Positions 40,605-49,730 of a stretch of 64,000 bases of DNA are shown piece by piece. The stretch lies in the NCBI GenBank assembly GCA_049599475.1, contig JBMYOQ010000003.1:86291-150290 (forward strand). Direction: 5' to 3'. Each line of letters begins with the position of its first letter. Position 1 is the first letter of the stretch. A program made the translations under genes and the position numbers. Under the pieces are notes generated by a model. That model worked only from the letters and a program-made list of their open reading frames with translations, made no database searches and had not been told where the DNA came from. The DNA is from Opitutales bacterium. GTDB lineage: Bacteria; Verrucomicrobiota; Verrucomicrobiia; Opitutales; JABSRG01.

Positions 40605-41669
40605 ATGAGACCTTCTATTCTCACGCTGGCATCAGCCATCGGCATTTCACTCACAATGCTTCCAGCCACATTCGCGGAGGAGGATCGCGATTACGGTAGC
40701 CTAGCCTTCTACCTCGACAACGATCTCTTTGTCGGCTCCGACTCCGATTATACCAACGGCGCCCGCATTTCCTATATTTCGAGAGATATCGACCCTGCAG
40801 AGCTGCCCGCAGTGCAAGCTCAATTGCGACGTATAAGCGGCGACCCACAGAGTTGGTCGTTTGTTCAAAACATGGTGGGATTCCAGGAGCCCGAAACCAT
40901 CCGCTACCAATGGGGCATAGCCCTCACTCAATTGATGTTCACTCCAGAAGACCTCAATGCCCCGTCCGCCCCAGAAGGTGAGCGCCCCTATGCCGGCTGG
41001 CTAGGCTTGGGATTCTCTCTACATGTGAAAGACCCACATGCCATAAACTCTGTAGAGCTTACACTGGGGCTCGTCGGTCCACAGGCATTTGCTAAAGAAG
41101 CACAGGACTTTGTCCATGACGTTCGCGGATTCGCGCGCTTCGAAGGCTGGGACAGCCAAATCCCGAATGAGCCCACCCTAAACCTACATCTATCACAAAA
41201 ACGCCGAATTCGATTCCTCGAGCACCTAAGCCTCCCACTCTCTTCAGATGGATTTCTCGAGCTGGGATCCGATCTCGGCACCTTTCGCACATCGGCGTAT
41301 CTAGGCACGATGTCACGTTTCGGATACAATCTCCCCGTGGATTTCTCGGATCCCCGCATCTCTCTCACCGCAAATACCCAGAAGATCGGCATCAATGACA
41401 ATGAAAACACTGGGCGATTTTCTGTCTACGGCATCATTGGGGGCAGAGCCACCGCAGTCGCCCATGATATTACCCTAGACGGACCCCTTTTCAGGGATTT
41501 CGATACAGGTGTTTCAAGTCGCCCGTGGGTTGCGGAGGCCTACCTTGGATTTGGAGCACGATGGAGTAATTGGGAAATGAGCTTCGTGCACACCTATCGT
41601 ACCCGTGAATTCGAAAGCCAAGCAGACGCACAAAGCTTTGGGTCTGTGGTAATCCGGGCCGTATTCTAG
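40605..41669 (+). CDS. LpxR-family (lipid A deacylase-like) outer-membrane beta-barrel
   Basis: Signal peptide; YLDNDLF...DYTNG, RPYAGWL, GWDSQI; C-terminal Phe. Confidence 0.82.
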   Translation: MRPSILTLASAIGISLTMLPATFAEEDRDYGSLAFYLDNDLFVGSDSDYTNGARISYISRDIDPAELPAVQAQLRRISGDPQSWSFVQNMVGFQEPETIRYQWGIALTQLMFTPEDLNAPSAPEGERPYAGWLGLGFSLHVKDPHAINSVELTLGLVGPQAFAKEAQDFVHDVRGFARFEGWDSQIPNEPTLNLHLSQKRRIRFLEHLSLPLSSDGFLELGSDLGTFRTSAYLGTMSRFGYNLPVDFSDPRISLTANTQKIGINDNENTGRFSVYGIIGGRATAVAHDITLDGPLFRDFDTGVSSRPWVAEAYLGFGARWSNWEMSFVHTYRTREFESQADAQSFGSVVIRAVF

Positions 41670-41870
41670 GAGCAGTTGCCTGTGATTCGCGTAATCGAGT
41701 CGCTCGAATACCCAGCAAAACCGCGATCTTGAGCATAAACTAATAGACGATCACCCGCCTTATAAGTTCCTCTAATCTAACATTATCGCATACTTCTCAT
41801 TTAAGGCCGTTCCATATTTAAGCGTCTTTTACATTTCAATACGTTTTGCTTATGGTAGTTTGAAGACGCT

Positions 41871-43463
41871 ATGAAAAATACTGTTTCGGTCTTGCTGGGG
41901 ATCTGCGCTCTGGCTGCACCTTTTGTCTTCGAAATTCCTGACCTTTGGTTTCCTGGAGCTGTGGGTCTGGGCATATTTGCGATAGCTGCGATATTTTGGA
42001 TTACCGAATGCGTTCCCATTTGGGCGACCTCTCTTCTGATTATCTTCCTTCAGGTCGTCCTCCTATCAGACAAAAGCCCGGTACAAACCAATCAAGAAGT
42101 GGAGAGCACGCTCCTTGCGGATCTTAAGGCAGCAGACGGCTCAAGCTACACGCTTCCGGAAACCGCAGTTAAAGACTCGGCCATCTGGATCTCAGAAGAA
42201 GGCACTTGGGAAAAACTCGAAGTCGCTGAAACCGCCACCAGCGGACAGTATATGATCGCCGCCACTGAATCTTCCTCGATCGCACTGGATGCTGACGATT
42301 GGAAACTGACCTACTCTCCCATCAAATACACAGACTTTTTCGCAAGCCTTTCGAGTCCGATCATCATGCTCTTTCTAGGCGGGTTTTTCCTCGCGGCCGG
42401 AGCAGTCAAATATCGTTTGGACCAAAACATTAATCGCGTAATCTTAGGTATCGTGGGTAAAAAGCCCGCCAATGTAGTGCTCGCCCTCATGGGAGTGACT
42501 GCGGTGTTGAGTGCCTTCATGAGTAATACCGCGACCACCGCGATGATGATCACTGTGGTGCTGCCGCTGATCGCTTCGCTCCCGAAAGGAGACAAAGTAA
42601 AAAGTGCACTCGTTCTAGCGATTCCCTGCGGAGCCAATATCGGTGGGCTCGCCACGCCCATCGGGACGCCTCCAAACGCTGTGGCCCTGGGCGCACTCGC
42701 CAAAGCGGGGGTCACTATTTCTTTCTCTCAATGGATGATGATGATGGCACCACTAGCCATCGGCATGGTCCTGGTAACTTGGCGTATACTCCTATGGCTT
42801 TTCCCATCCAAAACTGAGACTCTCGATATCGATCTTAAGGGGAAATGGGATAAGTCTTCAAAAGGCATCCTCACTTACATCATCTTTGCAGCCACCGTCA
42901 TACTCTGGATGACGGACAAACTACATGGCATGTCCACAGCGATGGTCGCCTTCATCCCAGTCACCTTCATGCCACTCTTCGGCATCCTTGACAAAAACGA
43001 TATTAAGACCTTCTCATGGGAAGTCCTATGGCTGATGGCTGGAGGTATTTCTCTGGGCATTACAATGAAACTTGGTGGCGCAGAATGGCTCGTCGGCCTA
43101 GTAAACTGGTCCGCGATGGGCGCCGTATTAGTCGTCCCAATACTTGCCGTGGTTGCTTATGTCCTGTCGAACCTAATTTCAAACACAGTAGCCGCCACCA
43201 TACTCATTCCCATTGCCATCACGATGGGCACCAGCGGTGCGGTCGGCGAAGGGTTTGACACCTCTCTGGCAGCGCTCGCGATCGGCATTACAGTGAGCTT
43301 TGCAATGCTACTCCCCATCTCTACGCCACCGAATGCCATCGCCATGAGTAGCGGTGCGATCGATGGCAAAGAGCTCATGAGAGTCGGCGTCTTCGTCGGG
43401 GTTATCGGCATCATATGCACCCTCCTAATGAGCTTCATGGTCTGGGGACACTTTTTGAATTAG
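41871..43463 (+). CDS. SLC13/DASS family anion:sodium symporter
   Basis: SAFMSNTATTAMM, ANIGGLATPIGTPPNA, LPISTPPNAI. Confidence 0.92.
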   Translation: MKNTVSVLLGICALAAPFVFEIPDLWFPGAVGLGIFAIAAIFWITECVPIWATSLLIIFLQVVLLSDKSPVQTNQEVESTLLADLKAADGSSYTLPETAVKDSAIWISEEGTWEKLEVAETATSGQYMIAATESSSIALDADDWKLTYSPIKYTDFFASLSSPIIMLFLGGFFLAAGAVKYRLDQNINRVILGIVGKKPANVVLALMGVTAVLSAFMSNTATTAMMITVVLPLIASLPKGDKVKSALVLAIPCGANIGGLATPIGTPPNAVALGALAKAGVTISFSQWMMMMAPLAIGMVLVTWRILLWLFPSKTETLDIDLKGKWDKSSKGILTYIIFAATVILWMTDKLHGMSTAMVAFIPVTFMPLFGILDKNDIKTFSWEVLWLMAGGISLGITMKLGGAEWLVGLVNWSAMGAVLVVPILAVVAYVLSNLISNTVAATILIPIAITMGTSGAVGEGFDTSLAALAIGITVSFAMLLPISTPPNAIAMSSGAIDGKELMRVGVFVGVIGIICTLLMSFMVWGHFLN

Positions 43464-43494
43464 TAAGGTGTCCCGCGAGCTCGCGCTCCCATTA

Positions 43495-43588
43495 GTAGAG
43501 TCGAAGAGCTGGAACCGTAGATAAGATCTATCAGGTTCCGAGCTCCCCGCTCATCAAACCGGACGTGCGGATTTATCGCATCCGGCTT
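43495..43588 (-). ncRNA. Group II intron catalytic domains V and VI
   Basis: Domain V AAGCCGGATGCGATAAATCCGCACGTCCGGTTT (43556-43588) with AGC triad; domain VI hairpin GAGCTCGGAACC...GGTTCCAGCTC then CGACTCTAC. Confidence 0.9.
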
Positions 43589-43598
43589 TCCGAGGTTG

Positions 43599-44870
43599 TC
43601 ACCATAGGGAAGGATAGTTCGAAGTGAGCGGGAGTTCGTGGAGCTTGGCGTTGGTGAAGTAAGTGAAGCGATTATGCTTTTTCTTGTGCTTCTTCCACAG
43701 CCAGCGGCGGTAACGTCCGCGTAGCCAGTCGCTCATCTGTCCAAAGCTGCGGCTACTGTTTCCATAATGGAAGTAGTTGCCCCAGCCGCGAACGATGCTG
43801 CTGACTCGCGCTATCGCTACCGTGCTGCTGCGCCAAGTGTTCCAGTGGTTGAGCTCCCCGCGGATGCTGTCTCTCAGAGACTTACACGATACACGGGAGG
43901 GCTCGAGGTGGACGTAGCGTTTGCGACGTCTCAGACTCGTGCGCCAGTAGAACTGGAAGCCCAGGAAGCAGAAGCCTTCTTTCGTGAAGTTAACCTTGCG
44001 GGTCTTCGTTGCATTGAGGCTTAGGCCCTTGGCTCTCAGATAGCGATCCAGCCTTCGATGAAGACTGGATACTTGTTGATGTCGACAGAGGATGACGAGG
44101 TCGTCCGCATACCTTACCATCTGAGCGCCCTCGCCAACATCCCCATTGACCTGATGATCGAGGTCGTTGAGATATATGTTTGCGAGTAAAGGCGACAGGA
44201 CTCCGCCTTGCGGAGTGCCTTTGTCGTTCTTACGGCCAGTTCCATCTTCTACCACAGGTGCTGTTAGGAACGCTTTTATCAGCTTGAGGATACTTCCATC
44301 GCTAACACGGCGACTCACGAGCTTCATCAACTTCAAATGATCTATGTTGTCAAAGTAGCCCGAGATATCCGCGTCGATCACCGCATGGCGTCCGCTGTAA
44401 AGACCACGACAGATGCTATCGAGGGCCTGGTGAGGTTTTTTGCCTTTGCGGTAACCGTAGCTTTCTGGGTGCATGTCGGCCTCGAAGATCGGTTCCAGCA
44501 AAAGGACGAGTGCTGTTTGCACAACACGGTCTTTCACTGTCGGGATCCCCAAGGCGCGGGTCTTGCCATCCTTCTTAGGAATGCGCACACAGAGCACCGG
44601 CGAGGGTTTATATGCCTTTGTGCTGAGTTCTTCACGCAGCTGGCTCAGGAAGCCAGTCCGCGTATCCATGGAGCGGATACTGTCGACACTCATCGCATCA
44701 ATACCAGCCGCACCTTTGTTGGCTATGACTTTTTCTGCGGCATGAGCCAACACGTCTGCGCGGAGTAAATCCGCGTATAGACTCCATGCACGCCACTTCG
44801 TATTTTCCTTCGCATTACGGTGTAGCACCTGTTGGAGTTTCCGGATTTTTGTGGGTGTTTTTATTTCCAT
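43599..44870 (-). CDS. ltrA: Group II intron reverse transcriptase/maturase, no endonuclease domain (start likely MEIKTP)
   Basis: ANKGAAGID, RALGIPTVKDRVVQ, TPQGGVLSPLLANIYL, RYADD, GWGNYF; no C-terminal HNH. Confidence 0.95.
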   Translation of the reverse strand: MEIKTPTKIRKLQQVLHRNAKENTKWRAWSLYADLLRADVLAHAAEKVIANKGAAGIDAMSVDSIRSMDTRTGFLSQLREELSTKAYKPSPVLCVRIPKKDGKTRALGIPTVKDRVVQTALVLLLEPIFEADMHPESYGYRKGKKPHQALDSICRGLYSGRHAVIDADISGYFDNIDHLKLMKLVSRRVSDGSILKLIKAFLTAPVVEDGTGRKNDKGTPQGGVLSPLLANIYLNDLDHQVNGDVGEGAQMVRYADDLVILCRHQQVSSLHRRLDRYLRAKGLSLNATKTRKVNFTKEGFCFLGFQFYWRTSLRRRKRYVHLEPSRVSCKSLRDSIRGELNHWNTWRSSTVAIARVSSIVRGWGNYFHYGNSSRSFGQMSDWLRGRYRRWLWKKHKKKHNRFTYFTNAKLHELPLTSNYPSLW

Positions 44871-45320
44871 AGCGGAACCATCACCTGTCCTTCCCTCGTT
44901 CATATGCTGCCAACCAAGTGTCGCCCCTTCGGTCCCAGTCCATTACAGACCTTTCAATCCTACTATGAGCGACTCCGACTTCTCCAAACTCACGCACGCC
45001 CTTGAGGGGGTGCCTATTGTAACGTGTGCTTGGCACTAGGCCAGAGTATGGAGATCTCCCCGCTTTCTCAAACATCACTTCACGACATGCTGCCTGCGCT
45101 GCCCCCGCCCACCTGATGATATCGCGATTGCCATTGAAGCCTCTCCGCTGGGGAGCGGGTTTGCTACGGCGATACCCCCGCGGCCTTCGCCCAACAGTAA
45201 GAGGCTCGGCTGATGGGTTTGTTTTGTTTTCGAGGCTCATTGGATGCAGTTCACCTTCGTTGCGGCCTGCCGCTGCGGCACAGGACTGCTTCGATTGCGG
45301 CGTATGAACTGGTTACGGAT

Positions 45321-45391
45321 GACGGCGGTCAAGCCGTCTCGACGAGCTCGAGGCCCAGAGCCTGTCGAAGGTCGGGACGCTAGCCCCTACC
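45321..45391. repeat. Cluster of REP-like palindromes beside the intron 5' end
   Basis: GACGGC-ggtcaa-GCCGTC; TCGACGAGCTC...GAGCCTGTCGA; minus-strand GGTAGGGGCTAGCGTCCC. Confidence 0.55.
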
Positions 45392-45408
45392 TTTCGATCA
45401 ATGGTTGC

Positions 45409-45511
45409 GGAATAAACGAAAACACTTTTGAGAAATGTGTGGCTCGAAAAAAGTAAAATAACAGAAACTAACCCATCACGAGACTATAGCTCCTGGCCCA
45501 AGAGCTGTTTC
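45409..45511 (+). repeat. ~105-bp direct repeat, copy 1 (includes the 3' end of the sulfatase gene)
   Basis: Shares a 27-nt identical block (GGAATAAACGAAAACACTTTTGAGAAA) and a 25-nt identical block (CATCACGAGACTATAGCTCCTGGCC) with 57843-57948. Confidence 0.9.
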
Positions 45512-47043
45512 ATCTCGTTAAGCATGCGATTTTTGATCTCTGCGTATTCTGGATTCTCGGCGAGGTTTATCCATTCATGAGGATCGTACTCATGATCATA
45601 GAGTTCTTCTTCACCATTGGCAGTGAGCGTAAAGCGGTAGCGTTCCGATTGCACCGAGTGATGGGGTCCGATGTCCCATCCCTTCTGATCCTGCATACTC
45701 CGGCCGACAGCCATGTAGGCAACTGCGGGACCGCCCCACTCTTTGCTCTGCGGACTTTCTAGGAATGGGCGTAGTGAGTGACCATCGAGCGGCAGTCCGC
45801 TCTTTCCCGTATTGGGATCCATCGGCAATCCGCAAAGATCGGCCAAGGTCGGGTAAATATCGATCGTGGTCACTGGATGGCTGACCTCTTGCCCATTTCC
45901 TTCGAATCCAGGCGCATGGATAAAATATGGCACGCGGGTAGACTCGTTCCACAGGTGCCATTTCTGCATAGCACCCTTTTCACCCAGATGATAGCCATGG
46001 TCGCTGGTGAAAACGATGACGGTGTTGCCCGCATATGGACTCGCTTCTAGTGCATCGAGGAGTGCGCCCACCTGATCGTCGACAAAGCTCACACTGGCCA
46101 TGTAGGCTTGGATCCACTCTTTCCAACCGCCTTTACCTTTGATGTTTTGAAACTTCGTGAAACTGCGGGTCCAACGCTTCTTAAGCGCTTCGGCGACATC
46201 ATCCAGATCGTCTTCCTTCACCGGAGGTGTTGTAACAGACTCAATGGGATAGAGGTCGAAATATTTCTGTGGGTTAATCAAAGGCGTATGGGGTCGCATG
46301 AGCCCGACGCCGAGGAAGAAGGGTTTGTCGTGGTTCTGCTGAAGCTTCTCAATTGCGAATTGCACTGAAATTTCGTCGGGCATCGGATCGCGATCTTCTT
46401 CGCTTACATAGTGGAAGGGCCTTCCGCTTTTGTAGAACCATCCTTGGGTTTTCGGGAGCTTGGGATCCGTGTTTTGTGACCAATCTGGGATGTTTGCCAA
46501 AGAACCATAAAGCAGGTCATGGTGACGCACATTTCCGTATTTTTCTAAAAGATCCGGATGCACCCACGTGACCTTGTTTTTCCCGGTCTTACCTGGCCAC
46601 GGCCCATAGTCTACGCCCATGCCGTAATCATCATAAAAATCGCCTCCCTGCCCCTCGTGAAGCAATTTCCCAGTGCCAAAAGCGCTGTAGCCGTTATTTC
46701 GAAAATGCTGCGGAATCGGCACCGAATTTCTGAGAATCGGCGACGCTTTCCAAGCGCCAAAGAAATAGCTATCGAATGAATGCGGATACAGGCCGGAGAA
46801 GAGTATTTTTCGCGACGGACCGCATACTGGGATCACTACATGCGCGTTGGTGAAATTGACGCTCTGCTCGCGAAGACGATCGATATTGGGAACATGGACT
46901 TTGGGATGCCCCTCTGGATGCAAAACCCAATCATTGAGGTCGTCGCACATGATGAAGAGAACGTTCGGACGCTCTTCTGCTGACGCGAGAGCACACCCCA
47001 AAATACTGATACAAATCGATAGGAGTATTCGGACGCTAATCAT
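45484..47043 (-). CDS. Secreted formylglycine-dependent (S1) sulfatase, iduronate/choline-sulfatase-like
   Basis: Signal peptide; PNVLFIMCDDL; CGPSR FGly motif; RPHTP; TSDHGYHLGEK. Confidence 0.93.
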   Translation of the reverse strand: MISVRILLSICISILGCALASAEERPNVLFIMCDDLNDWVLHPEGHPKVHVPNIDRLREQSVNFTNAHVVIPVCGPSRKILFSGLYPHSFDSYFFGAWKASPILRNSVPIPQHFRNNGYSAFGTGKLLHEGQGGDFYDDYGMGVDYGPWPGKTGKNKVTWVHPDLLEKYGNVRHHDLLYGSLANIPDWSQNTDPKLPKTQGWFYKSGRPFHYVSEEDRDPMPDEISVQFAIEKLQQNHDKPFFLGVGLMRPHTPLINPQKYFDLYPIESVTTPPVKEDDLDDVAEALKKRWTRSFTKFQNIKGKGGWKEWIQAYMASVSFVDDQVGALLDALEASPYAGNTVIVFTSDHGYHLGEKGAMQKWHLWNESTRVPYFIHAPGFEGNGQEVSHPVTTIDIYPTLADLCGLPMDPNTGKSGLPLDGHSLRPFLESPQSKEWGGPAVAYMAVGRSMQDQKGWDIGPHHSVQSERYRFTLTANGEEELYDHEYDPHEWINLAENPEYAEIKNRMLNEMKQLLGQEL

Positions 47044-49729
47044 TGTTTGTTGCACTGAACAGATTAACTGGGCCTATGAGTCCAGCCGGTTGCAGAGATG
47101 TCCCCTTTGATACGACATTCGTTTGGGCAAAGCGTTCTGAATCCGGGAGTTTTTCGTCGCCGATAATTCGATTGATCCAGTGATTCGCGACCTCAATTTC
47201 GAGGATGTTGCCTTTGGCCTGAATCGCATCGGTGAGGTCGACGCGCCATGGGACAGTCCATACGACTCCAAGGTCTTTACCATTCAAGGTGACCCGTGCA
47301 ATGCAGCTAATTTTACCGAGGTCGAGGGTGATGTGTTCACCCTTGGAAATCGAGTCGGGCAGGTCGAAGGTTTTTCGGTAATTAGCGCGTCCACTGTAGT
47401 AGCGAATTCCATCTTCAGGTCGCTCAGTCCAATCGACGAGCTCATCAAACACGATGGACTCTGGACCACCCCACTTCGGATCGAATGCGACATGCCAAGG
47501 GCCAGCGAGCGACTGGATTGCTACCGACTCAGGAAAGTTCTTTACCCCTTGACCCTCGCTCGCTTGCGCCTGCATGCGAAAGACAACAAAGCTGCTCTGT
47601 TTCGGAGCAAAGAGCATGGGCACCACAGTTTGGCCTCCATCTTCAGTCCATTCGGGAAGGTCGCGTATTTCACCCGTCACCGGGTCCCAGAGCTCGGGTT
47701 GCTTACCGGAAACGCGGAAAGCGGCATTCGTGGAAACCTCTTCGAGAGACTGATTGCTTATGAAATAGATTTCGACCTCCCCATCGCGACGATGGATCTT
47801 TTCGAAATGGGCGTTCGGCGATGAATCACGAAACTCAATATCAGGGACAAGCCCGTCCGCGCGGGTTATCTCTTCGAGCGAACCTTCTCGATATCCCGGA
47901 CCGATGACCTGCACACCTGCTGCACTGAGCTCCTCAATCTTATTTCGTGTTTCAGCGGAAAGAATCACATCCGGCCCTTGAGGGAGCACTAGGTAGCGGT
48001 AACGCATGCCGCTAGCCAACAGAAGTTGTCCATCTTCTGCTGATGCTAGGTTCAACAAGACTTCAGCATTGAGCGCATCATAATCGTAACCAGGAGGACA
48101 TAGAGGATTCATCTGATCTCGGGTGACGACGTATGACGGGATGCGTTCATTCAGTAGGTAGGCGAAGTCCGCCACAAACTTCCCTTGGCGCAATAGATAC
48201 TGGCAACGACTCAGATAATCCAAGAAACCCTCTGCCATGGGCCACCAAGTCTGCGTATGGCCAAACTTAGTTCCAATATCGACTTTTCCCTTACGTGCGC
48301 GGGACCACAACCCTGGAACCATCTCCAGTTCCGGCTGATGTATCCACTGATGGAAAACCATTCGAGTCAGACCGTCACAAAACGCGAGATCACCCGCTGC
48401 TTTGATCTTGTAAGGATCGCTCGTAAATAAATCAGCAGTGGATGTATAGGCCTCAGCCTGACAAATTTCTTTGCCATAGATATGTGCAGCACTGGCAATC
48501 TGTTTGATGGTGTGGTTGCGGCCATAAGTGACGTCACCCTTTTCAAAACGTTTGACCCAAAACTCTCCCATCGGAATAGCAGTGACCCCGTGAAATTTTA
48601 AACCATCCAGCCAAAACTTGTGCCCTCCAATGGGGCCACCGGCCTCGGAATGCGTTCCCAGGAGTCCATATTGCCTGGCTAGCACGTCCAAACGGCCGTA
48701 GTAGTTCTCTGCGATCAAGTCACATACGGTAACACGAAAATCCTGCAAAAATGCTTCTGTGTCTGCGACACTGCCAACTTGCCTCCCACATAGGGCCGGG
48801 AGCCACTTGGTCATATCGTAGCCACGTCGCTTTGAAAATTCCTCCGGCATCTTTGGTGTCCAGTCCGGTTGTTGGATTTCCCAACTGTCGATATGGAGGT
48901 ATTGAAATGTCTTACCTGCCAATTCACCCGCATCTTCGATCATCTTTGCACCCGTTTCTGCAAAGTGCACATCCATTGCCTCGGCACTCATCGGATCGAT
49001 CTCCAATCCAGAGGATGTCCCACTGTTCTTCGCCACCTTTTTGCCGTTTGCGAAATAGCCCATACGGAGGATACTCCAGTCGCCCGCTGGCGCATCCCAG
49101 ACGAGTCGCCCTTCAGCGTCCATAAGATGCGTCAAATCAACGATCTGCTCAAAGGGCCAGATATCCGTATCAGAGGCTTCCGTCTTATCCACTCGACAAG
49201 CGAGAACCGCAACATCCCTGTATAGGCGCTTTTTGGAGGCAGGACTAGGCAAGTGCATTTCGACCATCTTAGGCCCCTGTGCCCGACCTTCGCTGTAGGC
49301 AAAGCGCTTGATCCCGTGCTCTGGAGTGACCCAAGGCCCACCGGCATTCCAACCACGTGTCATATTTGCAGTCAAAGTGATGCCGAGCCGATCGGCTTCT
49401 TTCACTGAAAATTTGAAAAGCTCGCGCCACTCCGGACTCATAAAGACTGTGCCATCGGGCACGCCTGTGCCCCCGGTTTGGGCATCGAACAACAGGGCGC
49501 CGGAGATGCCCTTCTCTTTCATTTCCTCGAAATCTTTGGTGATGCCTTCCTTACTCGCCCGACCATTTAGCCACCACCAGTAAACCCAGGGCTTCGCGGA
49601 ATCAGGAGGAGACGCAAAGGCATTTTCGAGAGACTGGCTGGGGAAGTCTTGGCTCGCATCGAGATACCCGACAAGGGGAACACTTATAAGCGCCGATAGA
49701 ATGTAAGTTTTGAATAAGGTTATTTTCAT
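47036..49729 (-). CDS. Secreted GH106-like alpha-L-rhamnosidase
   Basis: KPWVYWWWLNG, GWNAGGPWV, HIDSWE, ASAAHIYGK, C-terminal GH2-type sugar-binding domain. Confidence 0.82.
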   Translation of the reverse strand: MKITLFKTYILSALISVPLVGYLDASQDFPSQSLENAFASPPDSAKPWVYWWWLNGRASKEGITKDFEEMKEKGISGALLFDAQTGGTGVPDGTVFMSPEWRELFKFSVKEADRLGITLTANMTRGWNAGGPWVTPEHGIKRFAYSEGRAQGPKMVEMHLPSPASKKRLYRDVAVLACRVDKTEASDTDIWPFEQIVDLTHLMDAEGRLVWDAPAGDWSILRMGYFANGKKVAKNSGTSSGLEIDPMSAEAMDVHFAETGAKMIEDAGELAGKTFQYLHIDSWEIQQPDWTPKMPEEFSKRRGYDMTKWLPALCGRQVGSVADTEAFLQDFRVTVCDLIAENYYGRLDVLARQYGLLGTHSEAGGPIGGHKFWLDGLKFHGVTAIPMGEFWVKRFEKGDVTYGRNHTIKQIASAAHIYGKEICQAEAYTSTADLFTSDPYKIKAAGDLAFCDGLTRMVFHQWIHQPELEMVPGLWSRARKGKVDIGTKFGHTQTWWPMAEGFLDYLSRCQYLLRQGKFVADFAYLLNERIPSYVVTRDQMNPLCPPGYDYDALNAEVLLNLASAEDGQLLLASGMRYRYLVLPQGPDVILSAETRNKIEELSAAGVQVIGPGYREGSLEEITRADGLVPDIEFRDSSPNAHFEKIHRRDGEVEIYFISNQSLEEVSTNAAFRVSGKQPELWDPVTGEIRDLPEWTEDGGQTVVPMLFAPKQSSFVVFRMQAQASEGQGVKNFPESVAIQSLAGPWHVAFDPKWGGPESIVFDELVDWTERPEDGIRYYSGRANYRKTFDLPDSISKGEHITLDLGKISCIARVTLNGKDLGVVWTVPWRVDLTDAIQAKGNILEIEVANHWINRIIGDEKLPDSERFAQTNVVSKGTSLQPAGLIGPVNLFSATNND

Positions 49730-49730
49730 A

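Larger units (their letters stand above)
43495..45281 (-). mobile_element. Group II intron (3' end well defined; 5' boundary tentative at GTGCCG, possibly 5'-truncated)
   Basis: RT ORF followed by domains V/VI ending CGACTCTAC at 43495; upstream domain I-III-like motifs (GAGCCTCGAAA, GCCGAG...GAAGGC, GCGGGAGATC, GAAGTCGGAG...CATAGTAG). Confidence 0.88.

Noticed and set aside
43599..44903. RT as a retron, DGR or defence RT
   Set aside because: Domains V/VI directly downstream and maturase motifs identify a group II intron; no template/variable repeat pair seen
44881..45456. ORFs 44881-45240, 45026-45307 and 45244-45456
   Set aside because: They overlap intron RNA domains and REP hairpins; non-coding
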